Of a stretch of 64,000 bases of DNA, positions 19,301-30,849 are shown piece by piece (the first letter of the stretch is position 1; each line of letters opens with the position of its first letter). The stretch is taken from NCBI GenBank assembly GCA_964517775.1, contig CAZFCP010000012.1, positions 7,431-71,430 on the forward strand, given 5' to 3'. The notes beneath the pieces were generated by a model. The model was not told the DNA's origin. It did no database searches and saw nothing but the letters and a program-made list of their open reading frames with translations. The position numbers and the translations under genes were made by a program. Origin of the DNA: an uncultured Candidatus Marinamargulisbacteria bacterium (GTDB taxonomy: Bacteria > Margulisbacteria > Marinamargulisbacteria > SXXA01 > JAHFDB01).

Positions 19301-20941
19301 ATGTCAGTACATCAGCCTAACCACTATACCCTTCAAGAATTATTATTTGAGGATTTACTGAGTTTTTTATATCATGGAACGTCTTCCGATGGTTTTCCCG
19401 TACTTATCTGGCAATATAAATCAGAGTTTTTATCTCCCGGATTAATTCGGGAATTGGCCTCTTTAGCCAAGGATCTGCAGCAGGTTCAGGATCCTTATAT
19501 CTTAAATCTTATCGACTATTACACGGATGGGCAGTCGTTTTATACTGTTCACGAATCTGTTCAGGAGCCTATGCTTCTGGAAACCTTCCTTAAGAAAAAT
19601 CACAGTTCTCCACAGTTGTTATGGCGGTTGTCGTCTCATGTTTTGAAGGCGTTATTAACCCTCGAAAGTAATGGAATTGTATGGTCTGGGGTCAGTCTTG
19701 GACATCTGATTGTGGACAGACATCATCATATCAAGCTTGCTAAAATCGGGTTGCCTCTTCCTATTTTTAAAAAGTTTTTAAAGAAATTTCCTGTTGTTGA
19801 AGATTGTATTTTCTTTGCTCCCGAATTTTTACAACGGAATGATTATGACAGCCGCTCGGATATGTATGCGTTTGGGATGTTGCTGTATATCTTTTTCAGC
19901 CACAAATGGCCCTATCGATATACCTCTAAATTATTTGTTTTGAAAAAAGAACTATTAAAAGAGCCTAAACCGTTTGTAAAAATGAGCAACAAAATTCCTG
20001 ATCGTTTGGGAAGTCTTATTCATAAATGTCTGCATCACGAGCCGTCTGCCCGTTTTTCGTCCTTTCAGGAAATGTTGGCTCGATACGAAAGCGAAGATAT
20101 TCCCGGCAGTCTGCCTTACGAAAAAATCGATGATGTTGAAAGCATCCGTCAGGAGCTGGCTCTTTCCCTGAAACAGGAACGATTCGAGCGATTCTGGAAG
20201 TGGTTGCGGTATATTTTGATTGGTGCAGTTATCGGCATTATTTTGTTGGCTGTTAACGTGCTTATCGACAAAGCCATGAATAAAAATCCATTACGCATTA
20301 TGCCGAATGTGGTTGGATTAACTGAAAAAGAAGCGCTGGCTGTTCTTGAACGTAACAACCTTGTCGGTACCGTTGTGGGTTACAGAGTCAGTTTAAAAGT
20401 TGAAGACGGACGCGTTGTAGAATCAAAACCGCCAGCTGGCCGTGAAATCAGAGACAGCCGGGATGTGCAACTTTACGTATCTAAAGGCAAAGGCCGTTTA
20501 AAAGTGCCGAACGTTGTTGGTAAAAAGATTTTGGAAGCGGCGTTGTTGTTGCCGGATACAGTCACATTTAATGTTTCCGAAGAAGTGTTTTCGTATACAA
20601 AACCTAAGGGTTATATTTTGACCCAGTCTCCGTCTCCAAATGCGGTGTTGGAAGAAGGCGGCGCCATTATGATTTCGGTTAGCGGTGGATATCCGGTGTC
20701 TATCAGTACAGAGTCTGTTTCCGGCGGACTTGTGACCGTAATGGTTTATACGGTTGCCTTGAAGCAGGAGCAACCTCAGCATGTAGAGATTCAAAGTCTT
20801 ACCTCAAAAGGGACTGAGATTTTATTTGCTAAAACCCTTCAGCCAGGACAGCAGGAAACCCATAGTTTTCAGGTTCCTCAGAAAAGCACTTTGGTTGTTC
20901 TATATAACGGTGCCGTCGCCGCAAAAGAAGTGATTGAATAA
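19301..20941 (+). CDS. PknB-like Ser/Thr kinase homologue with TM segment and PASTA domains; the catalytic motifs are degenerate, so it is a predicted pseudokinase
   Basis: 546 aa. The APE motif (FFAPEF) and the kinase C-lobe are present, but HRD is replaced by WSG and DFG by KIG. A TM helix (ILIGAVIGIILLAVNVLI) is followed by 2-3 PASTA-like repeats. Confidence 0.6.
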   Translation: MSVHQPNHYTLQELLFEDLLSFLYHGTSSDGFPVLIWQYKSEFLSPGLIRELASLAKDLQQVQDPYILNLIDYYTDGQSFYTVHESVQEPMLLETFLKKNHSSPQLLWRLSSHVLKALLTLESNGIVWSGVSLGHLIVDRHHHIKLAKIGLPLPIFKKFLKKFPVVEDCIFFAPEFLQRNDYDSRSDMYAFGMLLYIFFSHKWPYRYTSKLFVLKKELLKEPKPFVKMSNKIPDRLGSLIHKCLHHEPSARFSSFQEMLARYESEDIPGSLPYEKIDDVESIRQELALSLKQERFERFWKWLRYILIGAVIGIILLAVNVLIDKAMNKNPLRIMPNVVGLTEKEALAVLERNNLVGTVVGYRVSLKVEDGRVVESKPPAGREIRDSRDVQLYVSKGKGRLKVPNVVGKKILEAALLLPDTVTFNVSEEVFSYTKPKGYILTQSPSPNAVLEEGGAIMISVSGGYPVSISTESVSGGLVTVMVYTVALKQEQPQHVEIQSLTSKGTEILFAKTLQPGQQETHSFQVPQKSTLVVLYNGAVAAKEVIE

Positions 20942-20963
20942 CGATCGTTTTTCCCGACAGATC

Positions 20964-22028
20964 ATGAAAAAACTTATCCGTATGGCGTCACGTCATAAGG
21001 GTTTGACGGGATATAATCCGCCTACAGCCGCAGCGGTGGTGAAAAACGGAGAAATCCTGGGGCTAGGCTGCCACGAATACGAAGGCGGTCCCCACGCCGA
21101 GGTTCTGGCATTGAAACAGGCCGGCCATCACGCTTCCGGTGCCGATTTATACGTCACACTTGAACCCTGCACCCATTTTGGAAAAACGCCTCCCTGCGCG
21201 AAAGCACTTGTCGAAGCGGGTATAAAACGGGTTTTCTATGCCTGCGACGATCCTAATCCCGATGTCCGAAAAAAACCTGCAGCGTCTTACCTCAATCCTC
21301 ACCATATTGAAGTTGTTTCCGGCGTTTTAAAAAACGATGCTGAACATCTGATTGATATCTTTACAAAAAACATCTTAACCAAAACCCCTTTTATTTTAAT
21401 GAAAGCCGGCATCAGTCTGGACGGAAAAATTGCCTTGTCTCATGGGGAAAGTAAATATATTACCAACTCAAAAACACTGAAAAAAGTACATCAGTTACGC
21501 AAGGAATGTGGCGCTGTCATGGTAGGCCCTGGAACTGTCCGGGCTGATAATCCTTTCCTCAATCTTCGATATGGCTTTGAAAAATATCCCAATCCCAAGC
21601 GTATTATCATCGATTTAAAAGCGTCTCTTTCTTTTTCATACAACGTTTTTTTACCAACTGCAGAGGTGCTTTGGGTGGTTAGCTCTGAGGCTGGTGTTCC
21701 TGCAAACATTCCATCTCATATTCATGTTGTCAGAACGGCTGTATATCAGAATGAAATTGTTTGGGAGGATGTATTGCCAACCTTATACAAACATGGCGTG
21801 ACAGGGATTTTATTTGAAGGTGGACAGACGTTATTTACTCATGCGTTGCGTTCTAAAATTGTAGACCGTTTGGATGTGTCGGTTGCCCCCAAATTATTGG
21901 GTGGAAAGGCCATGTCCCTGCTTGGGAACTGGGAGGTGGAGTCTCTGGATAAAGCCATTTGTTTAGACCGGATATCTGTCACGCGTTTTGGCGATAATGT
22001 GTGGATTTCCGGAAAGTTGACGTATTAA
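20964..22028 (+). CDS. ribD: Bifunctional riboflavin biosynthesis protein RibD (deaminase/reductase)
   Basis: It carries the CDA zinc motif HAEVLAL...PCTHFGKTPPC and a C-terminal RibD reductase domain. The ATG at 20964 is preferred over the overlapping longer ORF start at 20934. Confidence 0.85.
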   Translation: MKKLIRMASRHKGLTGYNPPTAAAVVKNGEILGLGCHEYEGGPHAEVLALKQAGHHASGADLYVTLEPCTHFGKTPPCAKALVEAGIKRVFYACDDPNPDVRKKPAASYLNPHHIEVVSGVLKNDAEHLIDIFTKNILTKTPFILMKAGISLDGKIALSHGESKYITNSKTLKKVHQLRKECGAVMVGPGTVRADNPFLNLRYGFEKYPNPKRIIIDLKASLSFSYNVFLPTAEVLWVVSSEAGVPANIPSHIHVVRTAVYQNEIVWEDVLPTLYKHGVTGILFEGGQTLFTHALRSKIVDRLDVSVAPKLLGGKAMSLLGNWEVESLDKAICLDRISVTRFGDNVWISGKLTY

Positions 22029-22067
22029 AACAATTTGTTTGACGAAGTACGCTCTGTCTTGTAGAGT

Positions 22068-22658
22068 GTGGAACATATGTTTTCAGCTCTAAAAGACCGT
22101 TATAAATCCTGGGAAGCTTATAAAAACAATCTTAAGCAGACCAATGCTGTAATGTATCGTATCGTAGACACGGTTGAAGTGGTAACCGTTGCCCTGGTTA
22201 TGGCCCTAATTATCCGCCATTTTGTGCTTCAAACGTCTGTCATTCCAAGCCCCTCCATGGTGCCTACCTTAATGGTAAAAGACCGTTTGTTTGTTAATAA
22301 ATTTATCTACAGGTTCACGCCTGTTCACCGTGGCGATATTGTTGTGTTCGATTCTCCTCTGGATGACGGAAAAGATTATGTAAAGCGCTGTATCGGTCTT
22401 CCGGGTGAAACCCTCGAAGTAAAAACCGGTGAGGTGTATATCAATGGAAAGTTGTTGGTTTTGCCTGGCGTAAATGTGCAGACGGATAAGTCGGATTTTG
22501 GCCCTTATACTATCCCTTCAGACAGCTATTTTATGATGGGTGATAATAGAGGTAATTCCTACGACTCCCGTTACTGGGGTGCGTTAAACGAGCGCAAGCT
22601 TCTTGGGAAAGCTATTTTTACATTCTGGCCTTTATACAGAATGCGCCCGCTTCATTAA
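22068..22658 (+). CDS. lepB: Signal peptidase I
   Basis: 196 aa. SPSMVPTL (catalytic Ser box), KRCIGLPGE and GDNRGNSYDSRYWG are the LepB boxes B-E. Confidence 0.8.
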   Translation: MEHMFSALKDRYKSWEAYKNNLKQTNAVMYRIVDTVEVVTVALVMALIIRHFVLQTSVIPSPSMVPTLMVKDRLFVNKFIYRFTPVHRGDIVVFDSPLDDGKDYVKRCIGLPGETLEVKTGEVYINGKLLVLPGVNVQTDKSDFGPYTIPSDSYFMMGDNRGNSYDSRYWGALNERKLLGKAIFTFWPLYRMRPLH

Positions 22659-22660
22659 TT

Positions 22661-22873
22661 ATGGATGTGATTCTTAACGGCGTGACAACCACGTTTGAGG
22701 AAGATGCCTTATCCCTTTTAGACCTTATTAAACGATCCAATTTAAAGCCCGACAGCGTTGTTGTGGACTATAATGGCATGTTGCATAAGGCCGATACATT
22801 TCAAAGCGTGATGCTGCGTAATGGGGATCAATTGGATATCGTACATTTTATGGGCGGCGGACAGGTTTTGTGA
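22661..22873 (+). CDS. thiS: ThiS/MoaD-like sulfur carrier protein
   Basis: 70 aa. It has the ThiS-like beta-grasp pattern, ending ...DIVHFMGGGQVL with 3 residues after the Gly-Gly. Confidence 0.55.
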   Translation: MDVILNGVTTTFEEDALSLLDLIKRSNLKPDSVVVDYNGMLHKADTFQSVMLRNGDQLDIVHFMGGGQVL

Positions 22874-22963
22874 TATACTAATCCAACCAATTTGCGATAC
22901 AGGTTTTGTTTTAAAACAGCTGTCCTTTTGAGGATAGCTTTGAATTTTGAAGGAGAGAGATGA

Positions 22964-24925
<1,962 letters not shown>

Positions 24926-24929
24926 AACG

Positions 24930-27473
24930 ATGGAGAACCTTCCTATGGACGACAATATTCAACCGGATATGTTTGAAAATCAACATATCAATCCAATAAA
25001 CATCAGCGATGAAATGAAAACCTCTTTTATGGGGTATGCCATGTCCGTTATCGTAAACCGTGCGCTTCCTGACGTACGTGACGGGTTAAAACCTGTTCAC
25101 CGCCGTATTCTATACGCTATGTACGATGCTGGTTTTACCGCCGGCAGACCGTATAAGAAATCCGCTAGAATTGTTGGGGACGTTCTGGGTCGTTACCATC
25201 CCCATGGTGATACGGCCGTTTATGATTCATTGGTACGTATGGCTCAGGATTTTTCGCTGCGCTATCCGCTAATTGATGGTCAGGGAAACTACGGATCCAT
25301 TGATGGCGATAATGCAGCGGCCATGCGGTATACCGAAGCCCGGATGTCAAAAATCAGTATGGCCTTACTGGAAGATCTTGAAAAAGACACCGTAGATTTT
25401 AACCCAAACTTTGACGAATCCTTACAGGAGCCTTCCGTACTGCCATCTCGTTTACCGGTTCTTCTTTTAAACGGAACAGCGGGTATCGCGGTTGGTATGG
25501 CTACCAATATTCCTCCTCATAATTTAACAGAAGTTATTGATGGACTTATTGCGTTAATCGATAATCCTGAGTTAGAAATTATTGATTTAATGACCTATAT
25601 TAAAGGCCCTGATTTTCCAACTGGCGCGATGATTTGCGGTACAAAAGGTATCGAGCAAGCCTATCATACCGGTCGTGGAAGCGTGCTTATCCGCAGTAAA
25701 ACCAGCCTTGAAGAATCCAAGAAAAAAGGCAAAACGGCGATTATTGTTCACGAAATTCCGTATCAGGTAAATAAAGCCAATCTGATTATTAAAATTGCCG
25801 AGCTTGTACAGGATAAAAAAATTAACGGGATCGCAGATTTAAGAGACGAATCGGATAGACGCGGTATGCGGATTTATATCGAACTTAAACGCGATGCAAC
25901 ACCTGAAATCGTTTTGAATCAGCTATATAAACACACAGCACTTCAAACCTCATTTGGTATTAATATGGTGGCTCTTGTGAATGGTGTTCCAAAAACATTA
26001 AACCTGAAACAGATTTTATCCTATTACATCGAGCATCGCCGTGAAGTTGTATTAAGACGTTCTCGTTTTGAGCTAAAACAAGCCGAAGCCCGCCTGCACA
26101 TTTTAGAAGGGTTACGGATTGCCTTACAACATATTGATGCTGTTATTGAGCTAATTAAACAATCTGAAAGTCCTGATGCTGCCCGCGCTGGATTAATCGC
26201 CAATTTTGGATTGTCCGAACGTCAGGCCAACGCTATCCTGGAAATGAGATTACAACGTTTAACAGGCTTAGAGCGCGACAAAATCGAAAATGAATATGCC
26301 GAACTTCTTAAAACCATTGCTGATCTTCAGGATATTCTAGCTAATCCGCAACGGGTTAATGACATTATTAAAAGTGAGCATCTGGAATTAAGAGAAAAAT
26401 TCGGAGATGGCCGCAAAACGGTTATTGGCGAAAGCGTTGATCAGTTTGACCTTGAAGACTTAATTCCTCAGGAGCAAGTGGCTGTACTGCTTTCTAAAAA
26501 AGGATTTATCAAACGGATGCCTGTTGCGATGTTTAAAAGCCAAAACCGTGGTGGTCGTGGTGTAAACAGCATGTCTACTCAGGAAGAAGACATCATCGAT
26601 CAGCTGTTTGTAACCAACTCCCATGATTACTTTTTACCATTTACCAACAAAGGTCGTGTTTTTAAATTAAAAGTGTATCAAATTCCAGAAGCCTCCCGTC
26701 AAAGTAAAGGGATGTCTATCTCTCACTTCCTGCAGTTGGAAGATGGTGAGTTTGTAACAGCGGCTGTTACCGTAAAAGACTTTAACTCCAGCGAATATCT
26801 GTTCATGACCACTCAAAAAGGCGTTGTGAAAAAGACATCGCTTGATGCCTTTATCCATTTTAAAAACAGACCAATTTACGCTATTAGCCTGGATGACGGA
26901 GATAGCTTGAAATGGGTTCAAAAAACAAATGGCAAACAGGATATTCTGTTGGTTACATCTGCCGGGATGGTTATCCGCTTTAATGAAAGCCAGGCTCGTC
27001 CGATTGGCCGGGTATCACGGGGTGTTAAAGGGATAAACATTAAACCAGAAGACCGTTTGGTAAGTATGACCGTTTTAGATCCAGAAGAAGATAAGTTGTT
27101 CTTATTGCTGATCACTACAAATGGCTATGGAAAAAATATTAAAGTAGATGAGTTTAAATGCCAGGCAAGAGGCGGAATTGGGGTTCGTTCTCTACGCTTT
27201 AGAAAAACTGTTCCAGGCGATCACGTAACAGCAGCAATTGTAGCGTCTAAAGAAAATGAGATTATGATTGTTACAAAAGAAGGTACAATGTGCCGTCAGA
27301 AAATAGCCTCTATTTCTACACAGCGCCGTACCTCTCAAGGTGTGCGGATCTTAAAACTGGACGACAAAGATGCGGTTATTGCCATGACTCAGGTTGGCCA
27401 GGACGAAGAGGAGGATATTGCAACAGATACCCCAACGGTTGAAGAACTTCCTTTGATTCCAACCCAGAACTAA
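24930..27473 (+). CDS. gyrA: DNA gyrase subunit A
   Basis: 847 aa. The active-site region is [10 protein letters not shown], with a GyrA-box C-terminal beta-pinwheel. Confidence 0.95.
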   Translation: MENLPMDDNIQPDMFENQHINPINISDEMKTSFMGYAMSVIVNRALPDVRDGLKPVHRRILYAMYDAGFTAGRPYKKSARIVGDVLGRYHPHGDTAVYDSLVRMAQDFSLRYPLIDGQGNYGSIDGDNAAAMRYTEARMSKISMALLEDLEKDTVDFNPNFDESLQEPSVLPSRLPVLLLNGTAGIAVGMATNIPPHNLTEVIDGLIALIDNPELEIIDLMTYIKGPDFPTGAMICGTKGIEQAYHTGRGSVLIRSKTSLEESKKKGKTAIIVHEIPYQVNKANLIIKIAELVQDKKINGIADLRDESDRRGMRIYIELKRDATPEIVLNQLYKHTALQTSFGINMVALVNGVPKTLNLKQILSYYIEHRREVVLRRSRFELKQAEARLHILEGLRIALQHIDAVIELIKQSESPDAARAGLIANFGLSERQANAILEMRLQRLTGLERDKIENEYAELLKTIADLQDILANPQRVNDIIKSEHLELREKFGDGRKTVIGESVDQFDLEDLIPQEQVAVLLSKKGFIKRMPVAMFKSQNRGGRGVNSMSTQEEDIIDQLFVTNSHDYFLPFTNKGRVFKLKVYQIPEASRQSKGMSISHFLQLEDGEFVTAAVTVKDFNSSEYLFMTTQKGVVKKTSLDAFIHFKNRPIYAISLDDGDSLKWVQKTNGKQDILLVTSAGMVIRFNESQARPIGRVSRGVKGINIKPEDRLVSMTVLDPEEDKLFLLLITTNGYGKNIKVDEFKCQARGGIGVRSLRFRKTVPGDHVTAAIVASKENEIMIVTKEGTMCRQKIASISTQRRTSQGVRILKLDDKDAVIAMTQVGQDEEEDIATDTPTVEELPLIPTQN

Positions 27474-27493
27474 GTTATTCATAGTTTGATTTC

Positions 27494-27522
27494 AAAAAGC
27501 CCCGGTTTTTCGGGGCTTTTTT
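27494..27522 (+). terminator. Rho-independent terminator after gyrA (GCCCCG-GTTTTT-CGGGGC followed by a T-tract); an A-tract upstream makes it potentially bidirectional
   Basis: A perfect 6-bp GC stem at 27499-27504/27511-27516 is followed by the T run at 27517-27522. Confidence 0.7.
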
Positions 27523-27578
27523 GTTTCAATCGAGGTGTTTTTGGGAATACTAAAAGAATCTTAAAAGGGGGATGCTGT

Positions 27579-27965
27579 ATGTCTTTTTCATCCTTTTCGT
27601 TGGGAATGGGAATACCGTCAGACAGCAGCCGTATATCCAAATCAGATTTCTCCTCTTTACCTTCCTCCAAAAAAAACTTTGATGAGTTGTTTAAATTGCA
27701 GCTGGATATAGAATCCAATCCAAACTCAGTAAGAAAAGATCCCTATGTTGAATATGGTGATTTTTATAAACAGATAAATCGATATATTCAGTCTCCAAAT
27801 CCTGACCTTGGCAGTAGTATTGTGAGTCGGTTTTTTAAACATGGCGCATCCGATCAGGTTTTTTTAAGTTCGGAGGTGTCAAAACAACTGTTACCTATGT
27901 TTGAACATGGCGAAATGGAGATGTCTGTTATCAAAAAAAGCCTGAATGAATTAGGTCTTGTATAG
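27579..27965 (+). CDS. Hypothetical Ser-rich small protein (128 aa)
   Basis: A strong Shine-Dalgarno sequence AAAGGGGG lies 8 nt upstream of the ATG at 27579. The longer ORF-track start at 27486 lies inside the gyrA terminator and is rejected. Confidence 0.45.
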   Translation: MSFSSFSLGMGIPSDSSRISKSDFSSLPSSKKNFDELFKLQLDIESNPNSVRKDPYVEYGDFYKQINRYIQSPNPDLGSSIVSRFFKHGASDQVFLSSEVSKQLLPMFEHGEMEMSVIKKSLNELGLV

Positions 27966-27979
27966 ATTCTAATATTATT

Positions 27980-27999
27980 ATATTATAAAAATATAATAT
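27980..27999 (+). promoter_or_regulatory. AT-rich inverted repeat ATATTATA-N4-TATAATAT, candidate ArsR/BigR-type operator overlapping a -10-like TATAAT
   Basis: A perfect 8-bp inverted repeat lies 19 nt upstream of the regulator start codon. A direct ATATTAT repeat sits immediately upstream. Confidence 0.4.
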
Positions 28000-28017
28000 G
28001 ATGAATAGAGGTGATCT

Positions 28018-28332
28018 ATGACACAGACAGAATCGACACTTACAGATAAATGTGAGGATGCCGCCGCTTTATTAAAATCGTTATCTAATCCTGATAGATT
28101 GCGGTTGCTGTGCGGGCTTTGGGACGGAGAAAAATCTGTTTCCGAATTGGAATCTTACGCAGGCATTTCCCAGTCATTGGTTTCACAGTTTTTAAACCGG
28201 ATGCGTCTCGAGGGTATCGTATCCAAAAGAAAAACCGGAAAATCGGTATTCTATTCAATCAAAGATCAGAAAACACTTGTTTTAATGAAGCAATTACACC
28301 AGCTTTTTTGTGGAGAAACATATGATATTTAG
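28018..28332 (+). CDS. ArsR/SmtB-family HTH regulator, BigR/SqrR-like (putative persulfide sensor)
   Basis: 104 aa winged-helix protein. Cys32 (DRLRLLCGL) and Cys98 (LFCGE) are 66 residues apart, as in the BigR/SqrR redox Cys pair. It is followed by PDO, rhodanese and TauE genes. Confidence 0.7.
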   Translation: MTQTESTLTDKCEDAAALLKSLSNPDRLRLLCGLWDGEKSVSELESYAGISQSLVSQFLNRMRLEGIVSKRKTGKSVFYSIKDQKTLVLMKQLHQLFCGETYDI

Positions 28333-29002
28333 ACAGCTTTTTGATTCTGTTAGTTCAACTTATACCTACATTGTTGCCGAGAAAAATGGGGAAGCACTGA
28401 TTATTGATCCTGTTAAAGAGCATGTGCAACAGTACATTCGACTGGTTAATGAGCTGAATTTGAAAATGCTTTTTACAATCGATACCCATGTTCATGCCGA
28501 TCATATTACTGGAAGTGGGGATCTGGAGGATGCTTTACACTGTGTAAGTGTACTTGGAGAACAAACAAAAGCAGACTGTGTCACCATGAAAATTAAAGAA
28601 AATGATGTGATTAAAGTTGGATCATTGCCCATAAAAGCCTTATACACTCCCGGTCATACAGATGATTCCTATTCCTACGTGATGAAGGACAGGGTTTTTA
28701 CTGGCGATACGCTTCTGATACGTGGAACTGGACGAACAGATTTTCAAAACGGTAACCCATCCCAGCAATATGATAGTCTTTTTAATAAATTACTAAGACT
28801 TGGTGACGAGATGCTGGTATATCCCGCTCATGATTATAAAGGATGGACTGTTAGCACCATTGGTGAGGAAAAACGTCATAATCCTCGATTGCAAGTTCAG
28901 ACTGAACAGGATTATGTGTCGATTATGAATAATTTAAAACTGGATAGACCTCAACAGATGGATGTTGCAGTGCCTGCTAATTTGAAATGCGGAAGGGTTT
29001 AA
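28322..29002 (+). CDS. Metallo-beta-lactamase-fold persulfide dioxygenase (ETHE1/Blh-like)
   Basis: It carries the HxHxDH motif (DTHVHADHITG) and a C-terminal PAHDYKG typical of ETHE1-type PDOs. The ATG at 28322 has a GGAGA Shine-Dalgarno sequence. Confidence 0.75.
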   Translation: MIFRQLFDSVSSTYTYIVAEKNGEALIIDPVKEHVQQYIRLVNELNLKMLFTIDTHVHADHITGSGDLEDALHCVSVLGEQTKADCVTMKIKENDVIKVGSLPIKALYTPGHTDDSYSYVMKDRVFTGDTLLIRGTGRTDFQNGNPSQQYDSLFNKLLRLGDEMLVYPAHDYKGWTVSTIGEEKRHNPRLQVQTEQDYVSIMNNLKLDRPQQMDVAVPANLKCGRV

Positions 29003-29003
29003 A

Positions 29004-29492
29004 ATGAGTTTGACTAATGAGATCGTTATTGATGTAAGAGAACGGGATGAATTTGAACAGGAGCATATTTCAGGTTCTATAAATTTACCACTGACAGAAA
29101 TGGCACGCTTCGAAAGCCTTATACCTGTTTTAACTAATAGAAAAGTTCTGCTGATGTGTCGTTCTGGCAGACGTGCCGTTATTGCAACGGATGTTTTTCA
29201 AAATAAAGGCATAGAAACAGAGATATACGAAGGAGGCATTTTGCAGTGGAAATCAGAAGGAAAGCCGTTGGTTAAATCAGGGAAGCCTTCTCTGCCTTTG
29301 TTTAGACAGGTATTAATTGCTGTTGGACTATTTACCGCTTTGTTTTCATTGTTTAGCTATTTCCTGGATACTTATTTTATTGCGGGGTTGGGACTAATGA
29401 GTATGGGATTGCTGTTTGCAGGCATTACGGGGCATTGCATGTTGATGTCGTTGCTAAGAAAAATGCCCTGGAATAAAGTTTCTCGTGTTTGA
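29004..29492 (+). CDS. Membrane-anchored rhodanese (YgaP-like: rhodanese domain plus C-terminal two-TM DUF2892-like domain)
   Basis: The rhodanese active-site loop is CRSGRR. Two C-terminal TM helices carry a GHC motif. Confidence 0.7.
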   Translation: MSLTNEIVIDVRERDEFEQEHISGSINLPLTEMARFESLIPVLTNRKVLLMCRSGRRAVIATDVFQNKGIETEIYEGGILQWKSEGKPLVKSGKPSLPLFRQVLIAVGLFTALFSLFSYFLDTYFIAGLGLMSMGLLFAGITGHCMLMSLLRKMPWNKVSRV

Positions 29493-30237
29493 TTGGATAT
29501 GGATTGGGTTAGGTGTTGGCGGTATTTTGGGCTTAACAGGCTCGGGTGGGGCTATTATTGCCTTGCCTTTGCTGCATCACGTTGCGGGCTTTTCTTTAAA
29601 GATTGCTACTACTGCTGTTCTGCCTGTTGTTAGTATATCGGCCATTATTGCGTTGTTTGGAAAATACAAATCTGTTCAGTGGAAAGAGGTTTTTTTAATT
29701 GTTTTAATCAGTCTTCCCACCTCATTTTTGTTTTCTTTTTTGAAATTCTTTATCAGGGATACCTATGTTTTTATCTTAATTATGGGTGTACTACTGCTTG
29801 CCTTTATTCAAACCTGGTTTCCTCTTAAAAAGAAAGCCAGCTTCTCTAAAAAACAAGAATTGAAATTTATACTCGTGGGTATTATTTCAGGTTTTTTAAC
29901 AGGTTTAACAGGATTGGGAGGAGGGGTGATACTTGTTCCTCTATTAGAATTTTTTGATAAAGACGAAGCTGGGGTCTCACAGTCTTTACGTGTTGTTTCA
30001 ACCAGCTTAGCCGTTATTGCCGTTACCTCTACAGGATCATTGCTTATGCAATACAATCGATTAAGCTCGAGTGTAATATCTTTTCGTCAATTTTTGTTGC
30101 TATTGCTGGGTATTGTTGTATCAACATTGCTGGTTAGACTTATTCAAACGTATTTCAGTCAACCCGTAATGAGTAAAGTTCAGAGAATCTTATATAGTGT
30201 TATTTTATTTATAACGTTTTTTTCAATGATCTTTTGA
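29485..30237 (+). CDS. TauE/SafE-family sulfite/anion exporter
   Basis: 250 aa, polytopic, with duplicated 4-TM halves carrying GLTGSGGA and GLTGLGGG motifs. Confidence 0.75.
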   Translation: MFDWIWIGLGVGGILGLTGSGGAIIALPLLHHVAGFSLKIATTAVLPVVSISAIIALFGKYKSVQWKEVFLIVLISLPTSFLFSFLKFFIRDTYVFILIMGVLLLAFIQTWFPLKKKASFSKKQELKFILVGIISGFLTGLTGLGGGVILVPLLEFFDKDEAGVSQSLRVVSTSLAVIAVTSTGSLLMQYNRLSSSVISFRQFLLLLLGIVVSTLLVRLIQTYFSQPVMSKVQRILYSVILFITFFSMIF

Positions 30238-30735
30238 ATGCATAATTTTTTCTGAGTATGCCAGAAGAAGTGTTGAGAATAAAAATACAACGTGAATCAC
30301 AATTTGAAACGCTACATCGATGTAGGTTTTATTGGCAATATTGATAAACGATTGCAGCAAATGAATCCCTGAAACACCTACAAGTGATGCAGCCAGTTTT
30401 ACTTTTAAGGTTCCCGCATCAACTTTTTGAAGCCATTCCGGTCGGTCTTCATGGTCATCTAAAATACTTAATTTGCTCACAAACGTAGAGTAGCCGCCAA
30501 TAACAACAATGAAAAGAAGGTTGGCAACCATCGTGAAGTCAACCAGTGTCAGGATAATCAGCATAACAGCAGATTCGCTTAAGTCCTGAATATGGGTAAT
30601 CAGATGCAGAAGTTCTACACCGAATTTATAGGTATAAAGAATTGAACCCATAATGAGGCCAAGATACATGGGCAGTTGTATCCATCGGCTGGAAAATATA
30701 AACGACTCTACAACGTGTTCAAGTTTACTAATCAT
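30223..30735 (-). CDS. UPF0114 (YqhA-like) family membrane protein
   Basis: 170 aa. The N-terminus ESFIFSSRWIQLPMYLGLI resembles UPF0114 proteins. Confidence 0.55.
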   Translation of the reverse strand: MISKLEHVVESFIFSSRWIQLPMYLGLIMGSILYTYKFGVELLHLITHIQDLSESAVMLIILTLVDFTMVANLLFIVVIGGYSTFVSKLSILDDHEDRPEWLQKVDAGTLKVKLAASLVGVSGIHLLQSFINIANKTYIDVAFQIVIHVVFLFSTLLLAYSEKIMHSKDH

Positions 30736-30849
30736 GGGGAAAAGCTCTCCTGTTTTAGTGCTATTGGATGTTTTTTAACAAGCCGATAGAATCATATCAA
30801 ATGCTTTTCCTTTACAACATAGTTAGGCTCAAACGATGAGGATACTCAG

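Noticed and set aside
27479-27718. 79-aa minus-strand ORF
   Set aside because: It overlaps the gyrA terminator hairpin and the Shine-Dalgarno/ATG region of the + strand gene at 27579. Its AT-rich translation (NLNNSSKFF) is typical of a spurious ORF.
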